64,000 bases of DNA from positions 8,113 to 72,112 of the forward strand of contig JADFHE010000008.1 of NCBI GenBank assembly GCA_022567295.1. The letters are read 5' to 3'. This document shows, in pieces, positions 54,262 through 64,000 of the stretch. Numbering within the stretch: the first letter of the stretch is position 1; each line of letters opens with the position of its first letter. The translations under genes were made by a program, and so were the position numbers. A model generated the notes under the pieces. It did not search any database and was not told where the DNA came from. It saw only the letters and a program-made list of their open reading frames with translations. The stretch is from Pseudomonadota bacterium (GTDB taxonomy: Bacteria; Pseudomonadota; Gammaproteobacteria; Steroidobacterales; Woeseiaceae).

Positions 54262-55125
54262 ATGGAACTTGAGGCAATCAGCGGTGCGGCGACAGTCGCG
54301 TTGACGAGTACGGTCGTCTTCCTGCTGGTCGCCAAAACCTGGAACGTCGTCAGTCGAAGCATTGGTTCATCGCCAAGCTTTTCAGATCGTATCATGCACG
54401 AAGCTGCACAACGCTTCCGCGACGAACTCGATCGACTTTCCAGCTCTCAATCCACGTACCTTAGCGGCGCGCTCGTATTCGTTGTGCTTTATATCGCGGC
54501 GTATACCCTGCAGGCAAAGCACCTGTTCGTCGGCTACCCATCCTGGCAATTGTATTCGCTTCTCGGGTTCCTTCTATTGGTGTTGTGTTACGCAGCCTAC
54601 CGCCTGGCCAGAACCGTTCTTGCTCGATACGAAATGAAATTCCTGCGCGATGCGAATGTGGCAATCGGACATCAATTGCAACAATTGTCGGTGGGAGGCA
54701 CGCGCATATTTCACGACGTCGCGACGTCCGCCGGGATTGTCGATCACGTCATAATAGGCCAGAAAGGTCTTTATGCCGTGAACGTTGTTGCGCGCCGAAC
54801 GGCCAAACGTGCAAATGCCAGGCTACGAGGAAACTCGATCGAGTACTCAAACAGCAAAGTCGAAAGTCCCATCGTCGACATAGCAGCGAAAACAGCGCGC
54901 CTGCAAAAAGAGTTTCGCGAGTTACTCGGGCATAAGGTTCGTGTCCGCTCGGTCATTGCGGTGCCAGGTTGGGATATTGGCGAACAATCGAACGACGAGC
55001 ATTTGCTCGTCAACGAACGAACCATCGCAATGGTCGGCGGCTGGAATGACACCAACGATCACCTCATGAACGAGGATGTCGAGATTCTGAAAAACGAACT
55101 CCTTTCCCGGTGTGCCAGAGGCTAG
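54262..55125 (+). CDS. Membrane-anchored NERD-domain protein
   Basis: Two TM segments, then FHDVATSAGIVDHVIIGQKGLYAVNV, which is typical of the nuclease-related NERD domain. The start may be the internal Met near 54394. Confidence 0.6.
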   Translation: MELEAISGAATVALTSTVVFLLVAKTWNVVSRSIGSSPSFSDRIMHEAAQRFRDELDRLSSSQSTYLSGALVFVVLYIAAYTLQAKHLFVGYPSWQLYSLLGFLLLVLCYAAYRLARTVLARYEMKFLRDANVAIGHQLQQLSVGGTRIFHDVATSAGIVDHVIIGQKGLYAVNVVARRTAKRANARLRGNSIEYSNSKVESPIVDIAAKTARLQKEFRELLGHKVRVRSVIAVPGWDIGEQSNDEHLLVNERTIAMVGGWNDTNDHLMNEDVEILKNELLSRCARG

Positions 55126-55175
55126 CCGATACTCTCACCAGACGCGATTGATATAGCGTTCTCCGGCTGCAAAGT

Positions 55176-56240
55176 TCACAGCGGCTGCAGGCGTGCCGCC
55201 AGCTGATCCTTCTCCAGAATTTCGCTGAACTCATCAGCGAGCTGTTCACATGCGCGAGTACATTCACGCCAGGCCGCGACGCGTTCTGCCCGCGTGTAAT
55301 TCAGAAAATCGCTTCGATCCGGAATCTTGGCATTCGGCAAGCGCGACACGAATTCGGCCGACGGACTGACAAGTATCGTTCGATCAACATGTTCCGGATG
55401 CGGGCGTCGCCAACCGAGCTTCTTGTCAAACCATCCCGGTATGATTCGATCGTAGAAGTGCGGATACAGCGTCAACCGTTCTTTGTCACTGTGTTGCAGA
55501 TCATGGTGATAGTCGATAACGCCGCCATCACGATAAATTCCGGGCGCCGCACCATCGATGTTGCGCACACCTGTCAATACGAGCGGAATGGAACCGGTCG
55601 CAATTACGGCGTCTTCGAGGTTCCGCCGGCTCAGTGCAATTCGCTGCAGTGGAAATCCAGTCATATCGAAGAACGGCGGCAACTCACGAGCGTCGAAAAA
55701 TAACGCCCTCTCGAAGAACAGGCCCAGCGTCTTGCGATTGACGATATTCAAAGTCGCCGCGGCCATCAGACCGAGCCCCAACAGCCATCGATTTTCTGAC
55801 GCCAGTACATGGCGGCTGCGTACGGCCATTATGTGAGTACGAAATACCGGATGACTCAGAATTTCGTCAACGCCGTTCGGCCCGAGCACGAGTTGAACTA
55901 TTGCGCGGCTTATCATCGTAATTTCGTGAATATCGGGATGTTCGCTGAAGCTTTGTTCGATGTACGCCGTCTCAAACCGTTCAATCGCCGCAACCGGGTC
56001 ATTCTGGGCGTAGCAGGCAAAGCGCCACGAACCGATGGACGTACCAAGCAGATGTACAGGCCCCTGCAACTTAGGCACGAGATTCGTGAGTATGGCCTTG
56101 TCGAGCTGACTGAGTACTAGCCACTTCGCACCACCGGAGGCGCCCGCAATCGTGCCAATGGACGATATGTCGAATCCATGTGATTGAACGGATTTAAGCG
56201 CACCCGCGCCCGCTTTAAGTGTCAAAGAGACGGGTTTCAC
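55176..56240 (-). CDS. Patatin-like phospholipase
   Basis: 354 aa; oxyanion loop GASGGAKW, nucleophile GTSIGS and catalytic Asp context YRDGGVIDY. Confidence 0.7.
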   Translation of the reverse strand: MKPVSLTLKAGAGALKSVQSHGFDISSIGTIAGASGGAKWLVLSQLDKAILTNLVPKLQGPVHLLGTSIGSWRFACYAQNDPVAAIERFETAYIEQSFSEHPDIHEITMISRAIVQLVLGPNGVDEILSHPVFRTHIMAVRSRHVLASENRWLLGLGLMAAATLNIVNRKTLGLFFERALFFDARELPPFFDMTGFPLQRIALSRRNLEDAVIATGSIPLVLTGVRNIDGAAPGIYRDGGVIDYHHDLQHSDKERLTLYPHFYDRIIPGWFDKKLGWRRPHPEHVDRTILVSPSAEFVSRLPNAKIPDRSDFLNYTRAERVAAWRECTRACEQLADEFSEILEKDQLAARLQPL

Positions 56241-56267
56241 AATGTGTCGGCGGTCTGCTCGGCGTTC

Positions 56268-57596
<1,329 letters not shown>

Positions 57597-57785
57597 CTAA
57601 CTTCGAATCAGCATCAGGGTCACTAGCCCGATGATCATCACGACCAGACCGATTGTCCGGATGTGATTGTCACTCAGCCGCGCGATTTCCGCCACCAGCT
57701 CGCGATACTTGCGCGGCGACGTGAAAGGCAGCATGCCTTCGATAATCAGCACCAGCGCCAGTGCTGTAAAAATCTCGGTGGCTAT
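57597..57785 (-). CDS. yjeT: DUF2065 (YjeT-like) small membrane protein, start codon unresolved
   Basis: My own translation gives (I)ATEIFTALALVLIIEGMLPFTSPRKYRELVAEIARLSDNHIRTIGLVVMIIGLVTLMLIRS-stop. This resembles the YjeT pattern LALALVLVLEG..P and occupies the conserved slot between hflC and purA. It is absent from the ORF track because no ATG/GTG/TTG lies upstream of the first helix. Confidence 0.55.
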   Translation of the reverse strand: MATEIFTALALVLIIEGMLPFTSPRKYRELVAEIARLSDNHIRTIGLVVMIIGLVTLMLIRS

Positions 57786-58654
57786 TGCTTGCCGCTCGAC
57801 TGATTGAGGTAACGAAAGAACTCGTTGTTCGGGTCCAGTACCAACAGATCGCCGGGCTTACCCATCGAATTCTTGTACGCCTGTATGCTGCGGTAGAAGG
57901 CATAGAATTCCGCGTCCTTTTGGTAGGCGCTGGCGTAGATTTCGGCTGCGCGCGCATCACCTTCACCGCGAATAAGCTGACCGTCGCGATAGGCATCCGC
58001 CAGGAGAATTGTTCTGTCCTTGTCGGCCGTCGAACGAATCAATTCGGCAGCCTCACTACCTTCGGCGCGCGTTTCAGTAGCGATCCGAGCACGTTCTTCA
58101 CGCATTTGGAGGTAAACGGCTTCGCGCACAGAGGCAACAAACTCAACTTGCTTGACACGAAAATCAACCAGCTCAACACCCAGGCCTTTCGCTGTCGGTC
58201 TCGCCGTCGCCAGCATGTCACGCATCAGCTCAACGCGCTCCAACGATATAGCTTCTGTCGTAGAGCGTTTGCCGAATTCGGTAACCACCGAGTTCTTAAC
58301 GATTTCGCGCAAGCGTTCGATGGCAACGAATTGCGATCCACCTGTTGATGTATAGAAAGACACTTCGTCCACAATTCGCCACTTGACGAAAAAGTCCACG
58401 GTCATTTCCGTGCGATCAAGCGTGAAAATATTTTGCGGCGCGTCGTCGATTTTTAGTATTTGACTCGAAAATTTTCGCACCGTCTGAATGACCGGAATCT
58501 TGAAATACAGGCCCGGTTCGTAATTTGCCTGTACAACCTGACCAACCTGCAGCTTGATCGCGAGTTCGCGTTCGTTGACCGTAAACGCCGACAGCCCGAT
58601 AACGACGAATACCAGGCCAAGAACGACTATCACCATAAACTTAGAGTTTTTCAT
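57782..58654 (-). CDS. hflC: Protease modulator HflC
   Basis: 290 aa; N-terminal TM; SPFH/band-7 domain; follows hflK with a 4-nt overlap. Confidence 0.9.
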   Translation of the reverse strand: MKNSKFMVIVVLGLVFVVIGLSAFTVNERELAIKLQVGQVVQANYEPGLYFKIPVIQTVRKFSSQILKIDDAPQNIFTLDRTEMTVDFFVKWRIVDEVSFYTSTGGSQFVAIERLREIVKNSVVTEFGKRSTTEAISLERVELMRDMLATARPTAKGLGVELVDFRVKQVEFVASVREAVYLQMREERARIATETRAEGSEAAELIRSTADKDRTILLADAYRDGQLIRGEGDARAAEIYASAYQKDAEFYAFYRSIQAYKNSMGKPGDLLVLDPNNEFFRYLNQSSGKQ

Positions 58655-59775
58655 TCGCGGGTCCTCCTGGTACGACCGTCCTCCCCCTGATTCTCCGATA
58701 CGGCGCCTATCTGTGGCAACTGGGAACCGGCCGACCCCGACGATCCCGCGCCTCGTGACTGTCGAATCAACTGGTCAAGCGGCAGATACAACAAATTGCC
58801 ACTGCCCTCAGAATCGATCAACACCTTATTTGTGCGGCTGTAGACGTCTTCTAATGCTTCGATGTAAAGCCGGTCTCGCGTAACTCTTGGCGCTTTATGA
58901 TATTCGACCAGTAGTGCTTCGAAACGTCCCGCCTCACCTTGGGCGTCTGCAATTACGCGTTCGCGATACGCTTCAGCCTCCTGCAGCACACGCTGTGCAG
59001 CACCCCGAGCGCGCGGAATAATATCATTCGAGTAAGTTGTCGCCTCGAGTATGTAGCGGTCTCTGTCATTGCGGGCCCTCTGCGTATCTGCGACGGCGTC
59101 CTCAACACGTTTCGGATAATTGACATCTTTCAGGTTGATCGATGTAACCGTTAAACCGGCTCCATAAGCTGTGAGCGTCTCTTGCAGTTCTTCGATTGTC
59201 CGCGCCGGTATTTCCGCGCGTCGCTCGCCGATGAGGTCCGCAAGTGAACTTGTTCCAACCACACTGCGCAGGGCACTTTCGGTGACATCCTGCAACGTAA
59301 TCTCCGGATCCTGAACTTCGAAGCTGTATTTCACCGGATCAGTACGACGATACTGCACGACCAGATCCATGAGTACGTACTGCTCGTTCGCCGTCAGCAT
59401 TTCGGTCTTAAAATTGAAATTGTTCACTTCCTGGATGTTGACCACATCCACGGTCTCTATCGGAAACGGCAAATGCCAGCGCAATCCGGGCAAAGTTGTT
59501 TCCGTGTAAGCGCCAAACTGCTGTACTACGCCGCGTTCTGCCTCATCGATCCGGTAGAACCCCGTGAGGCCCCATGCGATCAGCAGCATAATGATCAACG
59601 CATAACCACCGGAGCCACCGGACCGGCGGCCACCGCCGCCGAGGATACTGCCAAAGCGTTTCTGCCAGTGCTGCACTATTTGGTCGAGGTCATTCGGCTT
59701 ATTGCCGCGCCGTTTCCACGGATCCCCGCCATTGCCTGATTCGTTATTAGCCATAATGTCTTTGCTTCTACTCAT
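58651..59775 (-). CDS. hflK: Protease modulator HflK
   Basis: 374 aa; Gly-rich N-terminus NESGNGGDPW, TM segment and SPFH domain. Alternative start at 59754 (MANNESG). Confidence 0.9.
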   Translation of the reverse strand: MSRSKDIMANNESGNGGDPWKRRGNKPNDLDQIVQHWQKRFGSILGGGGRRSGGSGGYALIIMLLIAWGLTGFYRIDEAERGVVQQFGAYTETTLPGLRWHLPFPIETVDVVNIQEVNNFNFKTEMLTANEQYVLMDLVVQYRRTDPVKYSFEVQDPEITLQDVTESALRSVVGTSSLADLIGERRAEIPARTIEELQETLTAYGAGLTVTSINLKDVNYPKRVEDAVADTQRARNDRDRYILEATTYSNDIIPRARGAAQRVLQEAEAYRERVIADAQGEAGRFEALLVEYHKAPRVTRDRLYIEALEDVYSRTNKVLIDSEGSGNLLYLPLDQLIRQSRGAGSSGSAGSQLPQIGAVSENQGEDGRTRRTRE

Positions 59776-61087
59776 TTGTTGCAGTTGCCGCCGTCGCCCC
59801 TTCGGGCGCCGGTTCCAGTTGATCCATGCTGAGATTTTCGCGCTTCAGGAATCGCCGCAAGTCTTTTTCAGTCATTCGCAAGTCCAGCGCCCAGCTGCCA
59901 TCGTCCCGAACGTTTTCACTAAGAACAGCGCCGAGCTCGAATAGTTTGGCGCGCTGCCGTCCCTGGTCTGGCTGAAGACGAATAGTACGATACGTCGTTT
60001 TCTGGCGTAAGCGATTCGCTATCGCGGTTTTCAGCGTCGGCAGGCCCTCACCTGTCACTGCTGATAGCCAGACTGCCCGTCCCGCTCCATGACGATTATT
60101 CGTCATCCGTCGCTGACGATCCAGTTTATCGATCTTATTGTACACCCGAATCTGTGGCACCTGATCTGCATCAAGTTGTTTCAATACGGAATTGACCTGT
60201 CGAACACGCTGCCACCGATTCGGGTCACTCGCATCGATCAGATGCAATATCAGATCCGCCTTTCGCGCTTCCTGCAATGTCGATTTGAACGCGGCCACCA
60301 GTTCATGCGGAAGGTCACGGACAAATCCAACCGTATCGGCCAGTACCACATGCTCGCCTTCCGGCAGATCAAGGCGACGAACCGTGGGATCCAGCGTCGC
60401 AAACAGCTGGTCCTGCACGTAGACGTCGGCACCGGTCAGAGCATTGAACAACGTCGATTTACCCGAATTCGTATAGCCGACCAGCGTGACTGTCGGTATT
60501 TCAGCCTTCATGCGATTACGGCGATTCATCGAACGACTCGTATCCACGTCCCTCAGGCGTGCGTTGAGCTGTCGAATCCGATTGCCGATCAGGCGACGGT
60601 CAGTTTCCAGCTGTGTTTCACCCGGTCCGCGCAACCCGATACCACCCTTCTGTCTTTCAAGATGGGTCCAGCCGCGAACCAGTCGCGTTGACAGATGCGT
60701 CAGCTGGGCGAGTTCAACTTGCAGCTTGCCCTCAAAACTGCGCGCCCTCTGCGCGAAAATATCCAGGATCAAACCCGCGCGGTCCAATACGCGGCACTGC
60801 AAAGCGCGCTCGATATTTCGTTCCTGACTCGGGCTTAAGGAAGCACCCGAAATCACCAGCTCGGCGTTATTCTGCCGAACCAGAGTCTGCAGCTCCTCGA
60901 GCTTGCCTTTGCCTATGAAATAGCGAGGATCAGGGCGTTTCCGGTTTGTGATTAATTCAGACACCACGACAGCGCCCGCCGATATCGCCAACTCGGCGAA
61001 CTCTTCGCGTTCGGATTCCTCAGGTAACCCGTCGGGACTCGCGTGGACAAGTATTGCGCGCTCACCACTTTGCGGCCGTTCAATCAA
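59768..61087 (-). CDS. hflX: GTPase HflX
   Basis: 439 aa; ERAILVH N-terminus; G1 GYTNSGKSTLFN, G3 DTVGF and G4 NKID. TTG start 36 nt after hfq. Confidence 0.9.
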   Translation of the reverse strand: MIERPQSGERAILVHASPDGLPEESEREEFAELAISAGAVVVSELITNRKRPDPRYFIGKGKLEELQTLVRQNNAELVISGASLSPSQERNIERALQCRVLDRAGLILDIFAQRARSFEGKLQVELAQLTHLSTRLVRGWTHLERQKGGIGLRGPGETQLETDRRLIGNRIRQLNARLRDVDTSRSMNRRNRMKAEIPTVTLVGYTNSGKSTLFNALTGADVYVQDQLFATLDPTVRRLDLPEGEHVVLADTVGFVRDLPHELVAAFKSTLQEARKADLILHLIDASDPNRWQRVRQVNSVLKQLDADQVPQIRVYNKIDKLDRQRRMTNNRHGAGRAVWLSAVTGEGLPTLKTAIANRLRQKTTYRTIRLQPDQGRQRAKLFELGAVLSENVRDDGSWALDLRMTEKDLRRFLKRENLSMDQLEPAPEGATAATATNE

Positions 61088-61123
61088 ATACGACCTCCCT
61101 GGCGAGGCAGCATTACAGCGCAG

Positions 61124-61372
61124 TTACTCGTTGCCATCTCCAGCTTCGTCGTCCGGCATCGGAAGACGAACATTACGCGATGGCACAACTGTCGATATTG
61201 CGTGTTTATAGACCATCTGGTTAACACTGTTCTTGAGTAGAATGACGAACTGGTCAAATGAGTCCACCTGCCCTTGCAACTTAATGCCATTTACTAGGTA
61301 GATTGAAACCGGTACCTTTTCCTTGCGCAAAATATTAAGGAACGGGTCCTGTAGTGTTTGCCCTTTAGCCAT
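61124..61372 (-). CDS. hfq: RNA chaperone Hfq
   Basis: [48 protein letters not shown]...[10 protein letters not shown]. Confidence 0.97.
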   Translation of the reverse strand: MAKGQTLQDPFLNILRKEKVPVSIYLVNGIKLQGQVDSFDQFVILLKNSVNQMVYKHAISTVVPSRNVRLPMPDDEAGDGNE

Positions 61373-61500
61373 ATTGGGTCTCCTTATTCTTTGTTTTCTT
61401 GTCGAATTCCGCCTGCCGGTGGCGCCCGTTTGCCTATCGCAGAATTCAGCCTAAGCGTTTAAAAAGTCTATCACAGGCAACACGCAGAACGAGCTGATAT

Positions 61501-62433
61501 TCACTCCAGTTTTGGCGCCAGATACGCCGATATAGTGTCAATTGCGTTCGCTTCAAGCGGATTGACCGAAAACACCGAGTTTTCTGAGCGTAGCCACGTC
61601 AGTTGCCGTTTCGCCAGCTGGCGTGTCGCGAACAGCGCCCGGTCCCTGGCTTCCTGCCGTGAGGTTTCCCCTTCCAGGTAGCTCCAGAACTGGCGATAGC
61701 CAACCGCGCGCATTGACGAACAGTCCCGTGTCAGGCCAGGTCGCTCACGGAGCGTACGCATTTCGTCTTCGAAGCCATCGTCGATCATTTGATCCAGACG
61801 CCGCTCGATTCGATCGTGCAGTACCTTTCTCGGCTCTATTTGCAATGCGATCTTGATAAAATCGATGCCGCCATTGTCCGCGGCCGCCTCGCTCTGCCAT
61901 TCTCCCAGCGGCTTGCCGCTGCAGCGGAAAACCTCCAGCGCACGTTGAATACGCTGGCTGTCGTTGGGGCTCAGCCGCGCAGCCAAATCCGGGTCCACTG
62001 CCTCGAGTTCTGCATGCAAGACCGGCCAACCTTTTGATTCCGCTTCACGATCGATCTGCGCACGAATGGCCATGTCGGCCTGCGGCAGGTCCGCGATGCC
62101 CTCGGTCAGAGCTCGAAAGTACATCATCGTGCCGCCGGCAAGCAGCGGAATCCTGGCGTTCGCGACACTGATTTCGATTGCCGCGCGCGCGTCACGCACA
62201 AATTCGCCCGCCGAGTAGCTTTCTTCGGGATCACGGATGTCGATCAGCTGGTGTGGAGCACGCCGCAGCGTCCGGGCGTCCGGTTTGGCCGTGCCGATAT
62301 CCATGCCGCGATAAACGAGCGCCGAATCAACGCTGATGATATCGCAGGGAAAGCGCTTACACAGGCTAATTGCGATCTCGGTCTTCCCTGATGCGGTCGG
62401 CCCCATCAGAAGGACTGCTTGGCCGGTCATCAA
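61501..62433 (-). CDS. miaA: tRNA dimethylallyltransferase
   Basis: LMGPTASGKT P-loop, ISVDSALVYRGMDIGTAKP and GGTMMYF motifs. Confidence 0.93.
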   Translation of the reverse strand: MMTGQAVLLMGPTASGKTEIAISLCKRFPCDIISVDSALVYRGMDIGTAKPDARTLRRAPHQLIDIRDPEESYSAGEFVRDARAAIEISVANARIPLLAGGTMMYFRALTEGIADLPQADMAIRAQIDREAESKGWPVLHAELEAVDPDLAARLSPNDSQRIQRALEVFRCSGKPLGEWQSEAAADNGGIDFIKIALQIEPRKVLHDRIERRLDQMIDDGFEDEMRTLRERPGLTRDCSSMRAVGYRQFWSYLEGETSRQEARDRALFATRQLAKRQLTWLRSENSVFSVNPLEANAIDTISAYLAPKLE

Positions 62434-62439
62434 ACGGTC

Positions 62440-64000
62440 TCAGCGACCGCGTAGAAACAGGCGATCAAGTTCCGACATCGTGACGGTCGTCCAGGTCGGC
62501 CGACCATGATTGCACTGATCTGCGCGATCCGTCGTTTCCATTTCACGCAACAACGCGTTCATTTCATCCAGCGACAGCAATCGATTCGCTCGAACAGAAT
62601 GATGACAGGCCATCGTTGCCAAAACTTCATCGCCGGCATCCTCGATTCTGTGGCTTTGCCCGGCCTCCGATAAGTCCGACAGCACGTCTCTCAGCATAGA
62701 CTCGACGTCCGAGTTTTTCAGCAATGCGGGCACCTCGCGCACGGTCACACTGGTGGGTCCGGAGCGATCGACCACCAAACCCATTCCGGCCAGCATTTCT
62801 CCGGACTCTTCGATCAGATTCGCCTCACTCTCAGACACCGAAATCGATTCGGGAACCAGCAACGGCTGACGGACAAGATTGCGGTCGTCGAATCCTCGTT
62901 TTAGTTTCTCGTACGTGATGCGCTCGTGGGCCGCATGCATGTCGACAATCACAAGGCCATCTTTGTTTTCGGCCAGTATGTACACGCCGGCAAGCTGCGC
63001 GATGGCAAATCCCAGTGGCGGCACTTCGGTCGAGTTCTCCGGAACATCGGCCAGCGACGGCGCTGTCGCCATCGCCCGATAGGTGGCGAGCGCATCGCGA
63101 ACGCCGGCAGCGGAGGGTCGAGACGGCAACGGCATTGAACCCTGGTGAAAAACGGATTCTCGTGTCATCGGGAGCGGCGCAACATTGTGACCGCCCGGTC
63201 GCGTATCTTGCAAAGCGACACCAACGGACTGAGACACGACGCCATGCACCCGGCGCCCGTCGCGAAAACGAATCTCGTGTTTTGCGGGATGTGCATTGGC
63301 GTCGACACCGGTTGGATCTATTGTCAGATTGAGCACATAGGCTGGATACCGACCATGGAACAACACGTCGCGATAAGCATGGCGAACGGCATGCGAAAGC
63401 GTTTTGTCGACAACGCTGCGGCCATTAACGAACCAGTATTGCATGTCAGGCTGGCTTCGATTAAACGTCGGCAGTCCGATCCAACCTGCCAATGCGATGC
63501 CCTCGGTCTCGTGCTCGATAGCAATACATTGCTCTGCAAAGGCTGCGCCGCAGATTTTTGCAATGCGCTGACGCTGCTCTTCTTGAGATGTCGCCGCCGG
63601 CGTTTGAAGCTTGGTGCGCTGGTTATGCGTCAGTGTAAAACCGATCCCCGGGCGTGACAGCGCCAGGCGCCGGACCCATTTTTCAATGTGACCAAACTCA
63701 GTTCGCTCGGTCCGGAGGAAGCGCCGCCGGGCCGGTGTGTTATAGAACAGATCGTGCACTTCGACTGTCGTGCCCTGTGGGTGCGCTGCCGGTATCAACG
63801 CACTGATTGCCCCACCATCGGCTTCCACTTGCCACGCAGAATCTGCGTCCAGCGTCCGCGAACACAATGTCAGACGGGCAACAGAAGCGATACTCGGCAG
63901 CGCCTCGCCACGAAACCCCAGCGACGCAATGGCCTCCAGGTCGTCCAGACTCGATATCTTGCTGGTTGCGTGACGCGCTAGCGCCAAACAGATTTCGTGT
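62440..64000 (-). CDS. mutL: DNA mismatch repair protein MutL (N-terminus beyond the window edge)
   Basis: GFRGEALPSIASV, the C-terminal dimerisation domain and the ending CNHGRPT...LDRLFLRGR. The reading frame stays open to position 64000. Confidence 0.9.
   Translation of the reverse strand, partial: HEICLALARHATSKISSLDDLEAIASLGFRGEALPSIASVARLTLCSRTLDADSAWQVEADGGAISALIPAAHPQGTTVEVHDLFYNTPARRRFLRTERTEFGHIEKWVRRLALSRPGIGFTLTHNQRTKLQTPAATSQEEQRQRIAKICGAAFAEQCIAIEHETEGIALAGWIGLPTFNRSQPDMQYWFVNGRSVVDKTLSHAVRHAYRDVLFHGRYPAYVLNLTIDPTGVDANAHPAKHEIRFRDGRRVHGVVSQSVGVALQDTRPGGHNVAPLPMTRESVFHQGSMPLPSRPSAAGVRDALATYRAMATAPSLADVPENSTEVPPLGFAIAQLAGVYILAENKDGLVIVDMHAAHERITYEKLKRGFDDRNLVRQPLLVPESISVSESEANLIEESGEMLAGMGLVVDRSGPTSVTVREVPALLKNSDVESMLRDVLSDLSEAGQSHRIEDAGDEVLATMACHHSVRANRLLSLDEMNALLREMETTDRADQCNHGRPTWTTVTMSELDRLFLRGR

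Noticed and set aside
51496-56240. PLD + NERD + patatin read as an anti-phage defence island.
   Set aside because: There are no cyclase, ATPase, helicase, methylase or other partner genes. The proteins carry lipoprotein or TM signals, are interleaved with unrelated small genes, and sit next to purA. I kept this only as a low-priority check inside a finding.

Overview
64-kb chromosomal segment that looks gammaproteobacterial, probably a marine oligotroph-type lineage (inferred from gene content and synteny only). It is densely coding, with about 57 CDS. I saw no rRNA, tRNA or CRISPR array. The right end (56.3-64 kb) is the classical core block mutL-miaA-hfq-hflX-hflK-hflC-yjeT-purA; the rest is accessory or metabolic. 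(1) 0.2-18.8 kb is a peptide-scavenging neighbourhood: exported tricorn-like protease, Pip, M18 and S9 peptidases, an exported AstE/AspA-family protein and a TonB-dependent receptor. Embedded in it is a LysR-linked operon: KamA-family radical-SAM aminomutase, 7Fe ferredoxin, CoA-transferase A/B and a GSAM-like class-III aminotransferase. This is my best candidate for an undescribed beta-amino-acid pathway. (2) 16.3-33.4 kb holds two TonB-dependent receptors surrounded by three paralogous TPR-sulfotransferase fusions, an Asp/Asn beta-hydroxylase-family cupin, a hypothetical propeller-like protein and an AraC / mutarotase-like / GalK / DHDPS-like set. This is the second candidate system, with unknown substrate. 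(3) 36.1-39.9 kb is a copper-resistance module (Cys/His-rich protein, cytochrome c, CopA, CopB) abutting an apparent aldehyde-dehydrogenase relic. (4) 40.1-49.3 kb carries quaternary-amine genes: a short BCCT-like transporter, BetA, a gamma-butyrobetaine-hydroxylase-like dioxygenase and a carnitine dehydrogenase-thioesterase fusion, plus an exported PHP hydrolase and a phosphodiesterase. (5) 50.2-56.2 kb is a run of membrane/lipid-type genes: Mpo1-like, NnrU, PLD, NERD, patatin. Three gene relics (IS3-type left end, ALDH fragment, FAD-Rossmann fragment) mark past rearrangements. All family assignments come from reading motifs in the supplied translations; no database search was possible.
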